DNA of 63,295 nucleotides from Candidatus Altiarchaeota archaeon (GCA_016931955.1 JAFGDV010000024.1:1-63295), one strand, 5' to 3'; positions 25,975 to 36,580 are shown, counted from the stretch's first letter. Notes: generated by a model from the sequence alone, not told the origin. Numbers and translations: made by a program.

Positions 25975-28953
25975 CTAATTTAAAGGGAAAATAGGATAAA
26001 TCGTAACATCAAGAGAGGATATAACTCTCTCAGGGGCGCCGCCAACAGTGTAACCTGCTTCTGGTACATGAAGCTCGTTACCTTTAACTAAAGATGGTAT
26101 CTGCGGATTTAAATTCTTTGCATCAGTAATCTGAACAACAACGACGTTACTTCCATCTCCCAAATACCCCCTTTCCATACCTAGTCTACCCTCAAGTTTT
26201 CGAACATCATCAACCTTAGTCAAATCAAGACCTTCAAAGACGCTTTTATCGGTGATGAACATATGTCCCTCAGAACCTAGATTATCAGCATGTTTTAGAT
26301 AAGTTTCCTTGAGACACACATGTATCGCCTGAGTCTCATCAAACTCCTTTGCCTTAGACGCATATTCGTACATGTCCTTTAGTACAAAGTCATCATATTC
26401 TCTAAGAGCGAATTTCAGCTGCTCTTCTCCGCCGACGTCGATTATTTTTTTCAGTCCCTGGCGGTTAAGTCCTAAACGCTCAATCGTTGATATCTGCTCT
26501 TCTTTGAAGCCGATCTTGATAAGCTCGTCTTTAGAAAGCAGGCCCGCTTCGTCTCCTAATCCGAGCCTTTTCTTAAGTCGGCATAGTATGTCATCCAAAA
26601 CACTGCCTACGTTGTCGGCTAAAGAGCCAAGGCGACCAGTTAAGCCACCGACTCTGCCAACCTCATCAACCTTACCAACGACACTCACAGCCCTCCCAAC
26701 ATCATCTGTTTTACCTAAACCTTTAAGCCAACTACCCCCTAAAATCGTGGCAGCAATCTCAAACCCAATACGGCCACCAGCCTCCCCAGGGCGGCCATTA
26801 TCAAAATCGTAGAGGATAGGTTCAAGAATCGCGTCAATGATAGCGCCCCCCGTCTCAACAGGATGGGTAAACATATAACCAAACTTAGTCGCAAGATCAT
26901 CCACAGTCTCACCAGGCTTCGTTGAAAGATTCCAACCAGTCTCCAAAGTACCATGCACAAGATGACCAAGACCCATAGCAGTATCATAGATGCCCTCACC
27001 AATACCAATCCAAGAACCCACCGTGACATCAATTATGCCATTCTCCCTCCGCTCAGACGACTGACTAGTTGTTGAGGTCGTAGTGGTCGTTGTAGTCGTG
27101 GTGGACACAACAGAAACCTGAACAGCCTCCTGAAGCAGACGATTCCATTCCTCCATCATGATGCTGGATTCGCCCATGTAGATGGCTTGATAATCAAGTG
27201 AGGGACTGTATTTAGCGTGTAGTGCGTTGATGAGTGCTTGGGTTTCGGCGCTTCCGACGGCTGCTTGGTATTCGAGGAAGCTCCGACGTTCTTCTTCTAA
27301 AGCCTTCATCTGCTGCTCCAACTCAGCTGAAGCCTTCTCCCTAGCAACCTCAAAATCCTTGTTGAAGTCTTCAGCCCAAGGATCAAACAGAGACTCACGG
27401 AACCACTTATAGGTGTCGCGGTCCAAGGAAGACTCCAACTCACAGACACTACCATTCAAGAAATCTATGAGGCCGCCGACTTCAAGGTTACCCTCCCCAA
27501 CAGCCGCAGACAAAGACGACATCACGCGGGCAACCAAATTCAAGCCCTTAGCATCCTCAGACAAACGCTGAATATCTCGGACAGAATCACGGTAACCCAG
27601 ATAAAAACCATCAAACTCACTGCCACTACGATTACGGGATTCCAGGAAATTCACAGCAGAGACCGCATCATGGAAGCTCTCATTCACGGAAGCAAGATAC
27701 GCGTCAAGGGCTGCGCCGCCAAGCTTACCCGCCTTAGAAAGAGACACCTCATAATCGCGCTTCAACTTATCCAAGATCTTATCGTAGTTGCGGTCCCAGA
27801 AAGCCTGATTACGCCACTCTTCAAGCTGTTTTTTGCGGGCTTCTTCTGCTTTGAGGCGAGCCTTCTCCTCCGCAGAAACCAGTTTATCAAAGGCGAGCTC
27901 ATCAATCTTGACAAGACATCGCTCATAGAATTCCTTCATGTCGTCGCGGACCTCACCAGCCAACTCACTGCGAAGCCGCCCCTTATCCTTCCAGCTGCTG
28001 CCGCCCTGGTAGTCGGCGGAGAACTCCTGACTGGCGGAACCAACAAGCCCTCGATATTCTTGATACAATTCCTCCGCCCGCTTCTTAACCAAGTCAACGC
28101 CGAACCAGCCCAGAGAAGACACAGTGCCCTGGAAGCCGGAGAATAAGGCATTCAAGGAAGAATAGAAAGCATTCTTGGCAGACTCCGCCTTATCTCGAAA
28201 ACGCCGATAAGCCTGATAAGCATCAATACGTGAGAGAATACCATTACTGAAGGAATAGGTCTTATTATCTAATTTAAAGCCGTAGTCTACATCAAAATCC
28301 AGCTTAGAGAGATCCTGAGACCAACTGCTGAGGGAGGAAAAACTAGACTTCACAGAGTTAAGCTCAGACGCCACTCTATCCCAGTACCTGCCAGCAGCCT
28401 CAGCACGCCACCAAGTCTTACGCCGCTTAGCCTCCCTCACCGCCGCAAAATACCTTCTCCGGGCGAGGTCGACCTCCTTCTCCAACTCAGAGATCCGGCT
28501 CCGAGCGGAATCCAGCATAGATAGATAACGCTTAAGTGAGTCCCGAGAGTAGAGAAACCATTTACCTTCTGAGTTGCGGACTGGGACTTTCTCGGCAGAG
28601 GAAGAGACTATATTTTGGAGATACTGGAGATAGCTACCTTGGTCGCTGAAAGAAGACTCAATCCATTCCTCACCGGATTTAAGCCAGAGGCTGCCGCCGT
28701 CTTCGCTGACTCGGAAGGTCCTGTTGTCTGAGATGAAACGAGGCTGCATCGATAACAGAGCATATAGTATGCTGACGACGACTGCCAGGGAAGCGAAAGA
28801 AAAGGAAGGAGAAGATATCTGGGGGGATAAGGCTTCAGATGAGCCCTGTGGGAGGGAGCCCTCTCCCGGGGGCGGGTCTATGGGGATGGCTGCTGCAATG
28901 GATGCTAGAGTGAATGCCAGCAGCAGATATAGTAGTTTGAGTCCGGGTTTCAT
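25975..28953 (-). CDS. Candidate polymorphic toxin: signal peptide, hydrophobic segment, coiled coil, Thr linker, pre-toxin helices, C-terminal toxin-like domain
   Basis: AAA|IPIDP; GIGEGIYDTAMGLGHLV..THPVETG..GEAGGRIGFEI; tip LEGRLGMERGYL..QIPS..GNEL..GYTVGGAPERVI. Confidence 0.7.
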   Translation of the reverse strand: MKPGLKLLYLLLAFTLASIAAAIPIDPPPGEGSLPQGSSEALSPQISSPSFSFASLAVVVSILYALLSMQPRFISDNRTFRVSEDGGSLWLKSGEEWIESSFSDQGSYLQYLQNIVSSSAEKVPVRNSEGKWFLYSRDSLKRYLSMLDSARSRISELEKEVDLARRRYFAAVREAKRRKTWWRAEAAGRYWDRVASELNSVKSSFSSLSSWSQDLSKLDFDVDYGFKLDNKTYSFSNGILSRIDAYQAYRRFRDKAESAKNAFYSSLNALFSGFQGTVSSLGWFGVDLVKKRAEELYQEYRGLVGSASQEFSADYQGGSSWKDKGRLRSELAGEVRDDMKEFYERCLVKIDELAFDKLVSAEEKARLKAEEARKKQLEEWRNQAFWDRNYDKILDKLKRDYEVSLSKAGKLGGAALDAYLASVNESFHDAVSAVNFLESRNRSGSEFDGFYLGYRDSVRDIQRLSEDAKGLNLVARVMSSLSAAVGEGNLEVGGLIDFLNGSVCELESSLDRDTYKWFRESLFDPWAEDFNKDFEVAREKASAELEQQMKALEEERRSFLEYQAAVGSAETQALINALHAKYSPSLDYQAIYMGESSIMMEEWNRLLQEAVQVSVVSTTTTTTTTTSTTSQSSERRENGIIDVTVGSWIGIGEGIYDTAMGLGHLVHGTLETGWNLSTKPGETVDDLATKFGYMFTHPVETGGAIIDAILEPILYDFDNGRPGEAGGRIGFEIAATILGGSWLKGLGKTDDVGRAVSVVGKVDEVGRVGGLTGRLGSLADNVGSVLDDILCRLKKRLGLGDEAGLLSKDELIKIGFKEEQISTIERLGLNRQGLKKIIDVGGEEQLKFALREYDDFVLKDMYEYASKAKEFDETQAIHVCLKETYLKHADNLGSEGHMFITDKSVFEGLDLTKVDDVRKLEGRLGMERGYLGDGSNVVVVQITDAKNLNPQIPSLVKGNELHVPEAGYTVGGAPERVISSLDVTIYPIFPLN

Positions 28954-29031
28954 TCTCTAACCCATTATATATTACTATAAAGTAGTATATAAATAGTGCG
29001 GATTTTTATCCCTAAAATCACATATTTTGGT

Positions 29032-29388
29032 ATGTACCACGGCAAGATCACAAAGGCAAGGAAGAAGAGGAAATACGCTATAGGAAGAGACCCCGCCCAC
29101 ACAACAATAGGGGAGGAAAGGAAGAAGAACATGAGAACCAGGGGTAAGGGGGTTAAGACGAAGTTGATCACGACAAAGTATGCATACGTCCTCCTAGACA
29201 ACAAGCCGACGAAGTGTGAGATAGTGACGCTTACAGAAAATCCCGCCAACAAAGACTTCACAAGAAGGAACGTAATCACAAAAGGCGCCATACTGAAGGT
29301 CAAGACACCAGCCGGAGAGGAGATGCTGGCGAAGGTCACCTCAAGACCCGGCCAAGCAGGCGTCATCGAAGCATTGCCTATCTTGTGA
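29032..29388 (+). CDS. rps8e: 30S ribosomal protein S8e
   Basis: RKKRKYAIGR, NPANKDFTRRNVITKGA, AKVTSRPGQ. Confidence 0.96.
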   Translation: MYHGKITKARKKRKYAIGRDPAHTTIGEERKKNMRTRGKGVKTKLITTKYAYVLLDNKPTKCEIVTLTENPANKDFTRRNVITKGAILKVKTPAGEEMLAKVTSRPGQAGVIEALPIL

Positions 29389-29488
29389 ACCCCGCACGGG
29401 TTCACTCTATTTTATTCTCTAAAACGGATAACTAACTGTTTCCTATCTTATTATTTTTTCACAATATAAAAATCCAACGTGGTGAACA

Positions 29489-30967
29489 ATGGAAAAAAAG
29501 ATAATAGTGTATGACACAACCCTCCGAGATGGAGAACAAACCCCTGGAGTGGCTTTCACATTAGAGCAGAAGCTGGAGCTGGCTCGGGCACTCTCCGAGC
29601 TGGGAGTGGACATCATAGAAGGGGGCTTCCCGATCAACTCAGGAGGGGAGCTTGAAGCAGTGAAGAAGATCTCAGAAGAAGTGGATGCGACAGTCAGCGG
29701 CCTGGCGCGGGCGCTGAAGGATGACATAGATGCTTGTCTTAAGGCCGACGTGGATCTGGTGCATACCTTCATATCGACTTCGCCGCAGCACCTCAAATAC
29801 CAGATGGGTAAAACAGAGGGTGAGGTATATGACATGGCTGTGAAGGCGGTTGAATACGTAGTCGACCACGGCCTGCCCTGCCTCTTCTCGCCCATGGATG
29901 CGACGAGAAGCGAATTCCCTTACCTACTGAAGGTCTGCAAGGGAGTGGAGGAGGCGGGGGCTAAGACAATCAACGTACCGGACACTGTTGGAGTGATGTA
30001 TCCCTCAGCCATGAAAACGTTGATGGAAAAACTCAGAAAAGAGATAAAGATAGACCTAGACATACACTGCCACAACGACTTCGGGATGGCGGTGGCGAAC
30101 ACCCTGGCAGGGGTGGAAGCCGGCTGCAATCAGGTGCAGACGACCATCAACGGACTGGGGGAGCGGGCAGGGAACGCGGACATGGAACAGGTGGTGATGG
30201 CCTTGCACATCATCTACGGGATAGATACGAACATAAAGACTGAGAGAATCTATCCGACAAGCCGTCTGGTGGAGCGTCTCTCAGGGATTAGGGTGATGCC
30301 CAACTACCCGATCGTGGGAGACAATGCCTTCGCCCATGAATCAGGCATACACGTGCACGCAGTGCTGAAGAAGGCTGAGACGTTCGAGCCAATAAAGCCG
30401 GAGATGGTGGGGGCGAAGAGACGCCTGGTATTAGGGAAGCACGTGGGAGTGCATGGGATAGAGGCTAAGCTGGAGGAGTTGAACATAAGCGTGGAACCAG
30501 AACAGCTGAAGGAGATAACCTCAAAGGTGAAAGACCTGGGCTGCAAGGGCAAACACGTCGTGGAGGAAGACCTTATCGCCATAGCCGAAGACATCCTGGG
30601 GATGGTACCGCATGAGGAGAGGCGTGTAGCGTTGATAGACCTGTCATTGAACAGCAGGCTTAGCAAGAAACCCATCGCAAGCGTCATCCTAAGAGTGAAT
30701 GGAAACGAGAAGAAGGCAACCGAAGAAGGCGTAGGTCCAGTTGATGCTGCACTGAGCGCCATAAGGGCAGCCATCGGCAGAGAAGAGATAACCCTGGAAG
30801 AATACCACCTGGACGCTATAACAGGAGGCTCAGACGCCCTGGCTGATGTGACCATCCGGGTTGGAGATGGCAAGACTACTGTGACGGCAAGAGGCGTCCA
30901 CGAAGACATTGTGATGGCCTCCGTTACGGCCTTCATCAATGGGTTAAATAGACTTATGAGGTTGTGA
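29489..30967 (+). CDS. leuA: 2-isopropylmalate synthase (LeuA/CimA family)
   Basis: DTTLRDGEQ, HCHNDFG, GLGERAGN, HESGIH, C-terminal regulatory domain GVGPVDA; adjacent to ilvD. Confidence 0.85.
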   Translation: MEKKIIVYDTTLRDGEQTPGVAFTLEQKLELARALSELGVDIIEGGFPINSGGELEAVKKISEEVDATVSGLARALKDDIDACLKADVDLVHTFISTSPQHLKYQMGKTEGEVYDMAVKAVEYVVDHGLPCLFSPMDATRSEFPYLLKVCKGVEEAGAKTINVPDTVGVMYPSAMKTLMEKLRKEIKIDLDIHCHNDFGMAVANTLAGVEAGCNQVQTTINGLGERAGNADMEQVVMALHIIYGIDTNIKTERIYPTSRLVERLSGIRVMPNYPIVGDNAFAHESGIHVHAVLKKAETFEPIKPEMVGAKRRLVLGKHVGVHGIEAKLEELNISVEPEQLKEITSKVKDLGCKGKHVVEEDLIAIAEDILGMVPHEERRVALIDLSLNSRLSKKPIASVILRVNGNEKKATEEGVGPVDAALSAIRAAIGREEITLEEYHLDAITGGSDALADVTIRVGDGKTTVTARGVHEDIVMASVTAFINGLNRLMRL

Positions 30968-30970
30968 AAG

Positions 30971-32632
30971 ATGATATCCGACAAAACCAAACACGGGATT
31001 GAGCGAGCACCGCATCGCTCTCTTATGAAAGCCATAGGCATGATAAACGAGGAGATAGACCGACCATTCATCGGGGTAGTGAACTCATGGAACGAGTTCG
31101 TGCCGGGACACATCGACTTGAACAAGATGGCAGACAGCGTCAAAGCCGGCATCCGGATGAATGGGGGAACGCCCCTGGAATTCCACACCATCGGAGTGTG
31201 TGACGGCATCGCCATGGGCCACGAAGGCATGAAATATTCTCTCCCCTCAAGGGAGACGATAGCAGACTCTGTGGAATTGCAGGTCAAGGCCCACCAGCTT
31301 GACGGCCTAGTTTTTGTCACGGCCTGCGACAAGATCCTCCCAGGGCATCTGATGGCTTCCGCGAGGGTGAATATTCCCTCAATTGTTGTCACCGCTGGAC
31401 CCATGTGCCCGGGTATCTATGAAGACCAGTGCGTTGACCTGATCTCCGTCTTTGAGGCGGTTGGCAAACTAAAGACCGGGGACGTTACGTCAGAGGAGAT
31501 AAGAACACTTGAAGAACACGCGTGCCCCGGCGCAGGCTCCTGTGCGGGCCTTTTTACTGCGAACACCATGGGCTGCATGACAGAGGCGTTGGGAATGTCT
31601 CTCCCATGCTGTGCGACCTCGCCTGCAACAGAGGCAAGAAAGTACAGGATAGCCAAGGCGTCAGGGCTGCAGATAATGAACCTCGTGGAGGAAAAGATAA
31701 ACCCAAGGGACATAATGACTTCGCTGGCATTCGAAAACGCCATAAGGACGGACATGGCCATCGGGGGATCAACGAACACAACACTACATCTGCCTGCAAT
31801 AGCTCATGAATGCGGGATAAAGCTTACACTGAATGAATTCGACAGATTGAGCAGGGATACCCCCCACCTAACGTCAATCCGTCCAGGGGGCACTGATTTC
31901 ATGGTAGACCTCGACCAGGCAGGCGGCATACAGGCGGTGATGGAAAGACTTAAGGAGAAACTACACCTGAATTGTATCACGGTTACTGGAAAAACACTCA
32001 AAGAAAACCTGAAGGAGTTCAGGATCGTGAATCCTGAAAAGCATGCCCGCGTCATCCGGACAATGGATAACCCATACCACAAGGAGGGGGGGATAGCAGT
32101 GCTCAGAGGGAATCTTGCCCCACGGGGATGCGTGATCAAACAGTCTGCCGTAGACCCGAAAATGTTCAAGCACTCTGGGCCGGCAAGGGTCTTCGACTGC
32201 GAGGAGGACGCTAATAAAGCCATCATGAACAAAGGGATAAAGAAGGGAGACGTCATCGTGATAAGATATGAGGGTCCGAAGGGGGGTCCGGGGATGAGGG
32301 AGATGCTGCAGGGCACTTCCGCAGTAGTCGGCATGGGCTTGTCTGATTCAGTCGCATTGATAACGGATGGCAGATTTTCGGGTGGGACTCGGGGCCCATG
32401 CATCGGCCACGTAAGCCCTGAAGCGGCTGAAGGCGGACCCATCGCCTTAGTGGAAGACGGCGACATAATCGAGATAGATATTCACTCAAGAAAGCTGGAC
32501 CTGAAGCTCTCAGAGGATGAGATTCAGAAGAGACTGAAGGGGTGGAAGAAAAAAGAAAAACACCTCACAGGAGTGCTTAAGAGGTATGCTCAACTCGTGA
32601 GTTCAGCAGATAAGGGAGCGATCTTCGAGTGA
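30971..32632 (+). CDS. ilvD: Dihydroxy-acid dehydratase
   Basis: [41 protein letters not shown]. Confidence 0.97.
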   Translation: MISDKTKHGIERAPHRSLMKAIGMINEEIDRPFIGVVNSWNEFVPGHIDLNKMADSVKAGIRMNGGTPLEFHTIGVCDGIAMGHEGMKYSLPSRETIADSVELQVKAHQLDGLVFVTACDKILPGHLMASARVNIPSIVVTAGPMCPGIYEDQCVDLISVFEAVGKLKTGDVTSEEIRTLEEHACPGAGSCAGLFTANTMGCMTEALGMSLPCCATSPATEARKYRIAKASGLQIMNLVEEKINPRDIMTSLAFENAIRTDMAIGGSTNTTLHLPAIAHECGIKLTLNEFDRLSRDTPHLTSIRPGGTDFMVDLDQAGGIQAVMERLKEKLHLNCITVTGKTLKENLKEFRIVNPEKHARVIRTMDNPYHKEGGIAVLRGNLAPRGCVIKQSAVDPKMFKHSGPARVFDCEEDANKAIMNKGIKKGDVIVIRYEGPKGGPGMREMLQGTSAVVGMGLSDSVALITDGRFSGGTRGPCIGHVSPEAAEGGPIALVEDGDIIEIDIHSRKLDLKLSEDEIQKRLKGWKKKEKHLTGVLKRYAQLVSSADKGAIFE

Positions 32633-33763
32633 TCACCTTGTAAAGGTATCTTCAAGTCTCTCCCCTATTTCCTTACCCAGGTACAGGTGACTGAATACGC
32701 CGCCAGAACAGTTCAACAACTCCATGTTCTCTATCAGCTTACTGTATCTGCCGCCGGCGATGCCGTTCGCGATGATTGCGGCACCCTCAGCAGCCTCCTT
32801 GACCTCGCCAGCCTTCCTCTCCAAGGTTCTTACCCCAGCAGAGATGCCATGAGCCTTGAGGGCTGATCTCACATCCTCGATGAAGGGCTCTATTCGAGTA
32901 AATCTCCCACTCAAGAGTATCTCCTTCGGCTTTCTGACCGAGGGGAGGAGCAAGTAGGTGTCTTTTACTATGGCTTCGAGCATGGCTGAGTACGCTAATT
33001 CCACGTTACTATCCTTTTTAGTGGGTGAGATGAATTCCTCAATGGAGAGCTTTTGGGAATCTATCCCAGACACTGAGACAGCACCTCCTTTGAAGAGCAG
33101 GGTCTTGGAGAATTCCCCAGTATTTGCGAGGGCATACGCTAGTTCGCCGTCCATGCCACCCAATCCCATGTAGCCTAATCCGCCAGAGGTGCCGCCGACG
33201 CCGTCAACGATTTTGCCGTCTTTTACGGCCAACGCCGCCGTATAGCCGAAGCCTATTTCAAGGATGATGAACGAAGTCTGAGAGAAGCCTGTGCTGTATC
33301 TCTCAGCCTGATCCCTTATCCCCGAGACCGCTGTGAAGACCTTGTCTGCTGTCCCCATGTCTATCCTGTTGATCTTCCTGTGCTCTGGGACGGTCGGCAG
33401 ATGTATTACACCTGGAGGAAACCATATATTCAATCCTGAACCCCTCATGAGGAACATCAATTCCCTTAAGCCGACTATGTTAAGCCTCCTTTCCAGGTCT
33501 GCTTTGGTGATGAAGGTGGCTGAGTTTATCTGTTCGTCGGATGCTTTGGAGGCCTTCACCATGGGCAGGCCGTAGCCGCTTGGGCCGACTATTGCGTCGA
33601 TCTTTCTATCTAAGTTGAAGATGGCGTCTAACACTATTTGGGGGTTCTTTGTCACCTCTGCTCGGGGTATGGCGATGTCCATGATTACTTCGTCGGTTTC
33701 GTCTTCGAAGCCGAAGACGTCCATGCTCTTTGTCCCCGGGTCTATGCCGACTGCAGTTACCAT
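32633..33763 (-). CDS. DUF1464 family (ASKHA/butyrate-kinase-related) protein
   Basis: GIDPGTKSMD, GPSGYGLP, NRIDMGTADK. Confidence 0.85.
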   Translation of the reverse strand: MVTAVGIDPGTKSMDVFGFEDETDEVIMDIAIPRAEVTKNPQIVLDAIFNLDRKIDAIVGPSGYGLPMVKASKASDEQINSATFITKADLERRLNIVGLRELMFLMRGSGLNIWFPPGVIHLPTVPEHRKINRIDMGTADKVFTAVSGIRDQAERYSTGFSQTSFIILEIGFGYTAALAVKDGKIVDGVGGTSGGLGYMGLGGMDGELAYALANTGEFSKTLLFKGGAVSVSGIDSQKLSIEEFISPTKKDSNVELAYSAMLEAIVKDTYLLLPSVRKPKEILLSGRFTRIEPFIEDVRSALKAHGISAGVRTLERKAGEVKEAAEGAAIIANGIAGGRYSKLIENMELLNCSGGVFSHLYLGKEIGERLEDTFTR

Positions 33764-34728
33764 TTTTTGATTGTTGCCCCGTTGTTGTTTCCTTTGGTGT
33801 GGAAGACGTCTCCTCCACCCTGCTTGGATATGAGTTTCTCCAGTTTTGCGACTAGTTTTTCCGCCGTTTCTCTGTCATCTGTTATCCCGTAGAATGTGGG
33901 GCCCCAGCAGGTCTGGCAGGCGCCGTATGCTCCGTTATCCAATAAGAGATTTATGCCGGCTTCCACTATCGGATGACAGTAGGTGCCCTCTTCCTGGAAG
34001 TCCCCCCAGAAGTCTCCCAGTCGGCTGTTGAAGGCTGTGATGGCTTTTCCGAATGTTTCTATGTCGTCTTCAACCAGAGAGGGCATCACCTGCATGAGCA
34101 TTATCCTGGAGAGGCGGTCAGACATCTGCGCAGGCATCGGCTTCAGTTTGCGGAGGATCTCCTCCTCGTTTTCCTTTATCCTCAGTATCGCCTGTATGGG
34201 CTTCTGGGGGATGCATACAACAAAGAGCCAGTCCTCTGGTATCATTTGCCTGAACAGGAGTGGAGGAACCCGTTTACCCTTATCCCCTGTCTTGTATCCT
34301 CCATCTACGATGAAGCCGCCTGATTTGAAGGAATGCAGGCCGAGGGCGACGATTTCCGATCTGCCCAATGTGAGCGCTATTTCTTCTATCGCTGTCTTGA
34401 CTTCATAGAGTTCCGCTATCGCTTTTCCTATCGACAATGCTAGCGCTGTCTGGGAGCCCATGCCTAGGTGTTTTGGTATTGTTTCCCTTACCTTGATCTC
34501 AACGCCTCCTTTGATCCTGTGTTTTTCCAGGAATACTCTAGCGTATCTTTCAGCGTTTTCCTTGTCTTCTCCTCTAATGGTTAATTTCCCTGACTTGGCG
34601 GCTTCTATCTCTGTCTTTGGATCGTCTATGGTGAATCCTGCCGTGCCGTAGAGCCTCCCAAGGTCTCCTGTGAGGTCCATGTTGCCGGTATGCAGGTGGG
34701 CGGGCGCCGTGATCATTATTCCTTGCAT
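33757..34728 (-). CDS. Beta-ribofuranosylaminobenzene 5'-phosphate synthase family (GHMP)
   Basis: APAHLHTG..DL, HLGMGSQT, GGFIVDGG, QTCWGPT. Confidence 0.85.
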   Translation of the reverse strand: MQGIMITAPAHLHTGNMDLTGDLGRLYGTAGFTIDDPKTEIEAAKSGKLTIRGEDKENAERYARVFLEKHRIKGGVEIKVRETIPKHLGMGSQTALALSIGKAIAELYEVKTAIEEIALTLGRSEIVALGLHSFKSGGFIVDGGYKTGDKGKRVPPLLFRQMIPEDWLFVVCIPQKPIQAILRIKENEEEILRKLKPMPAQMSDRLSRIMLMQVMPSLVEDDIETFGKAITAFNSRLGDFWGDFQEEGTYCHPIVEAGINLLLDNGAYGACQTCWGPTFYGITDDRETAEKLVAKLEKLISKQGGGDVFHTKGNNNGATIKKW

Positions 34729-34854
34729 TTTGTAGTATATTTGGAGGGTAGTATTAAATCAGCCGACTGAAAAACAATATACATCATTTAAAAATAAAAT
34801 TTGGACAAAATATATCAATTTATTAACTTATACTACCTAATAGATTACACGAAG

Positions 34855-35583
34855 ATGCTGCCAGATAGTCCTAAAATAGAACACCCAACTGACTGGAAAG
34901 AGCTGAACAAGAGCGTTGAAGGCGAGAACGAACCACAAAAAGCTGTCATAGATTACCCCATCAGCTGGAAAGAATTCCATGATCTCATAGAAAGCGTGCA
35001 GAGAAGGAGGTCATACCTTGAGAGAAAACAGGAAAAACTGAGTTCTATGTACAATCTACTGATGAGGGAAAACAAGAAATTCGAGAAAGAGAAGGACCTG
35101 ATAGTTGAAGAGATGAGGATCATAAAGGGTTTGATAGACGAGTACCGGGCAAGATACCATTCAGACATAAACAATGGGGCAACATACATCCAAGGCTTAG
35201 ATGAGATAACAGGGGTAGTGCAGGAATCACTTGACCAGGCCGTGAACTCAGGCACTGAAGCAGACAGTATAGTGCAGACAAAACCAACCCCGAAGATAGT
35301 AAACATAGTAACCACGCCTCAACAGACCACCAAGAGACTTCTCCAATCAAAAAAGAGCGTGGACCTGCAGAGGAAGAAGCAGATAAAAACAGCACTCCAC
35401 CACATGCTGGAGATAGTAGATAAGAGAGGTAAGTTAAGGATCAAAGACCTCTCTGATGAATTAGGAGTTGATTCTGAGGTCGTCCTCCGGTGGGCTAAGG
35501 TCATGGAGAGCAGAGGCATGCTCACCATAAGCTATTCCCTGAGGGGTGGGCAGGTTATCGAGAGGGCATCAACTGCCAGATGA
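34855..35583 (+). CDS. Coiled-coil protein with C-terminal winged helix
   Basis: Heptad-rich middle; IKDLSDELGVDSEVVLRWAKVMESRGML. Confidence 0.65.
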   Translation: MLPDSPKIEHPTDWKELNKSVEGENEPQKAVIDYPISWKEFHDLIESVQRRRSYLERKQEKLSSMYNLLMRENKKFEKEKDLIVEEMRIIKGLIDEYRARYHSDINNGATYIQGLDEITGVVQESLDQAVNSGTEADSIVQTKPTPKIVNIVTTPQQTTKRLLQSKKSVDLQRKKQIKTALHHMLEIVDKRGKLRIKDLSDELGVDSEVVLRWAKVMESRGMLTISYSLRGGQVIERASTAR

Positions 35584-36531
35584 TCACGGAAAGAACACAA
35601 TCCTCAGATAGATGAACAACAGGTAAAGCAATATTAAGACTGAGGACTCCTTCTTGTTCAGATCCATGTGGTTGAACAACATCAATAAAGCGATCAGGGT
35701 CGCAACCATCCAATAGACGAAGTCGAAGCTTAGTACCATAGGTGTTACAGTAACCCCCGCAACGGTGGCTCCTAGACCAAACGAAAGCAGAGGATCCGTG
35801 ATGTTGCTTCCGATAAGGTTTCCAAGGGACAGAGTCCCAGAACCCTTTGTTAATGCCCTGATGGAGACGCTGAGTTCAGGTATGCTCGTACCTAAGCCGA
35901 TGAAGAGCCCGATCAGGGAACTGCTTATGTTCATGTATGTTGCCAACGAAACCCCGTTCTCCACAGCAAGGTTTGCGGAATATATCACAACCACTATGCC
36001 AATAAGACACTTGGAGGTTTCCAGCAACAGATTGCCCTTCTTATCATACGAATGTGCCTTCCCGAGAACACCTTCCTGACGCAGCAGAAGCCCTACATAG
36101 GAGAGGTAGATTACCACTAGAAAGACGCCTTCAATCTGGCTGACATAGCCATCAACGCAAACGAGGAACATGAGGATAAGCGCGAACAACATCATCCCTC
36201 CATCGCGCCGAAGAGACCTCTTACTTATGTGGAGTGTGGCGATCATCCCCACAATACCAAGCAGTAGAGTGATCTGGGCTAGGTCGCTGCCGATGATGTT
36301 CCCAACAGCTATCCCTGAAGCATCAGTTCCCTGCAAGGTGCTGAAGCCAGCCATCACGTTCGTGAATATCTCTGGCAGAGAAGTGCCGATGGAGGCTATG
36401 GTCAACCCGACGATCAGGCCCGAGACATTGAGCATGGAAGCGATCTTCTTGGCAGCTGAAACAGCGAAGTCGCTTCCAAACCATAAACCTAGAACTCCAA
36501 GGAAAACGAATGCCACCTCATAAAAGACCAT
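35584..36531 (-). CDS. Calcium/sodium antiporter (YrbG/CaCA)
   Basis: Alpha repeats GTSLPE..GNIIGS and GTSIPE..GNLIGSN. Confidence 0.93.
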   Translation of the reverse strand: MVFYEVAFVFLGVLGLWFGSDFAVSAAKKIASMLNVSGLIVGLTIASIGTSLPEIFTNVMAGFSTLQGTDASGIAVGNIIGSDLAQITLLLGIVGMIATLHISKRSLRRDGGMMLFALILMFLVCVDGYVSQIEGVFLVVIYLSYVGLLLRQEGVLGKAHSYDKKGNLLLETSKCLIGIVVVIYSANLAVENGVSLATYMNISSSLIGLFIGLGTSIPELSVSIRALTKGSGTLSLGNLIGSNITDPLLSFGLGATVAGVTVTPMVLSFDFVYWMVATLIALLMLFNHMDLNKKESSVLILLYLLFIYLRIVFFP

Positions 36532-36580
36532 GTTATCTATAGCTTCTGAGGATTTATAGCCTAAATCAGATTACTTATTC

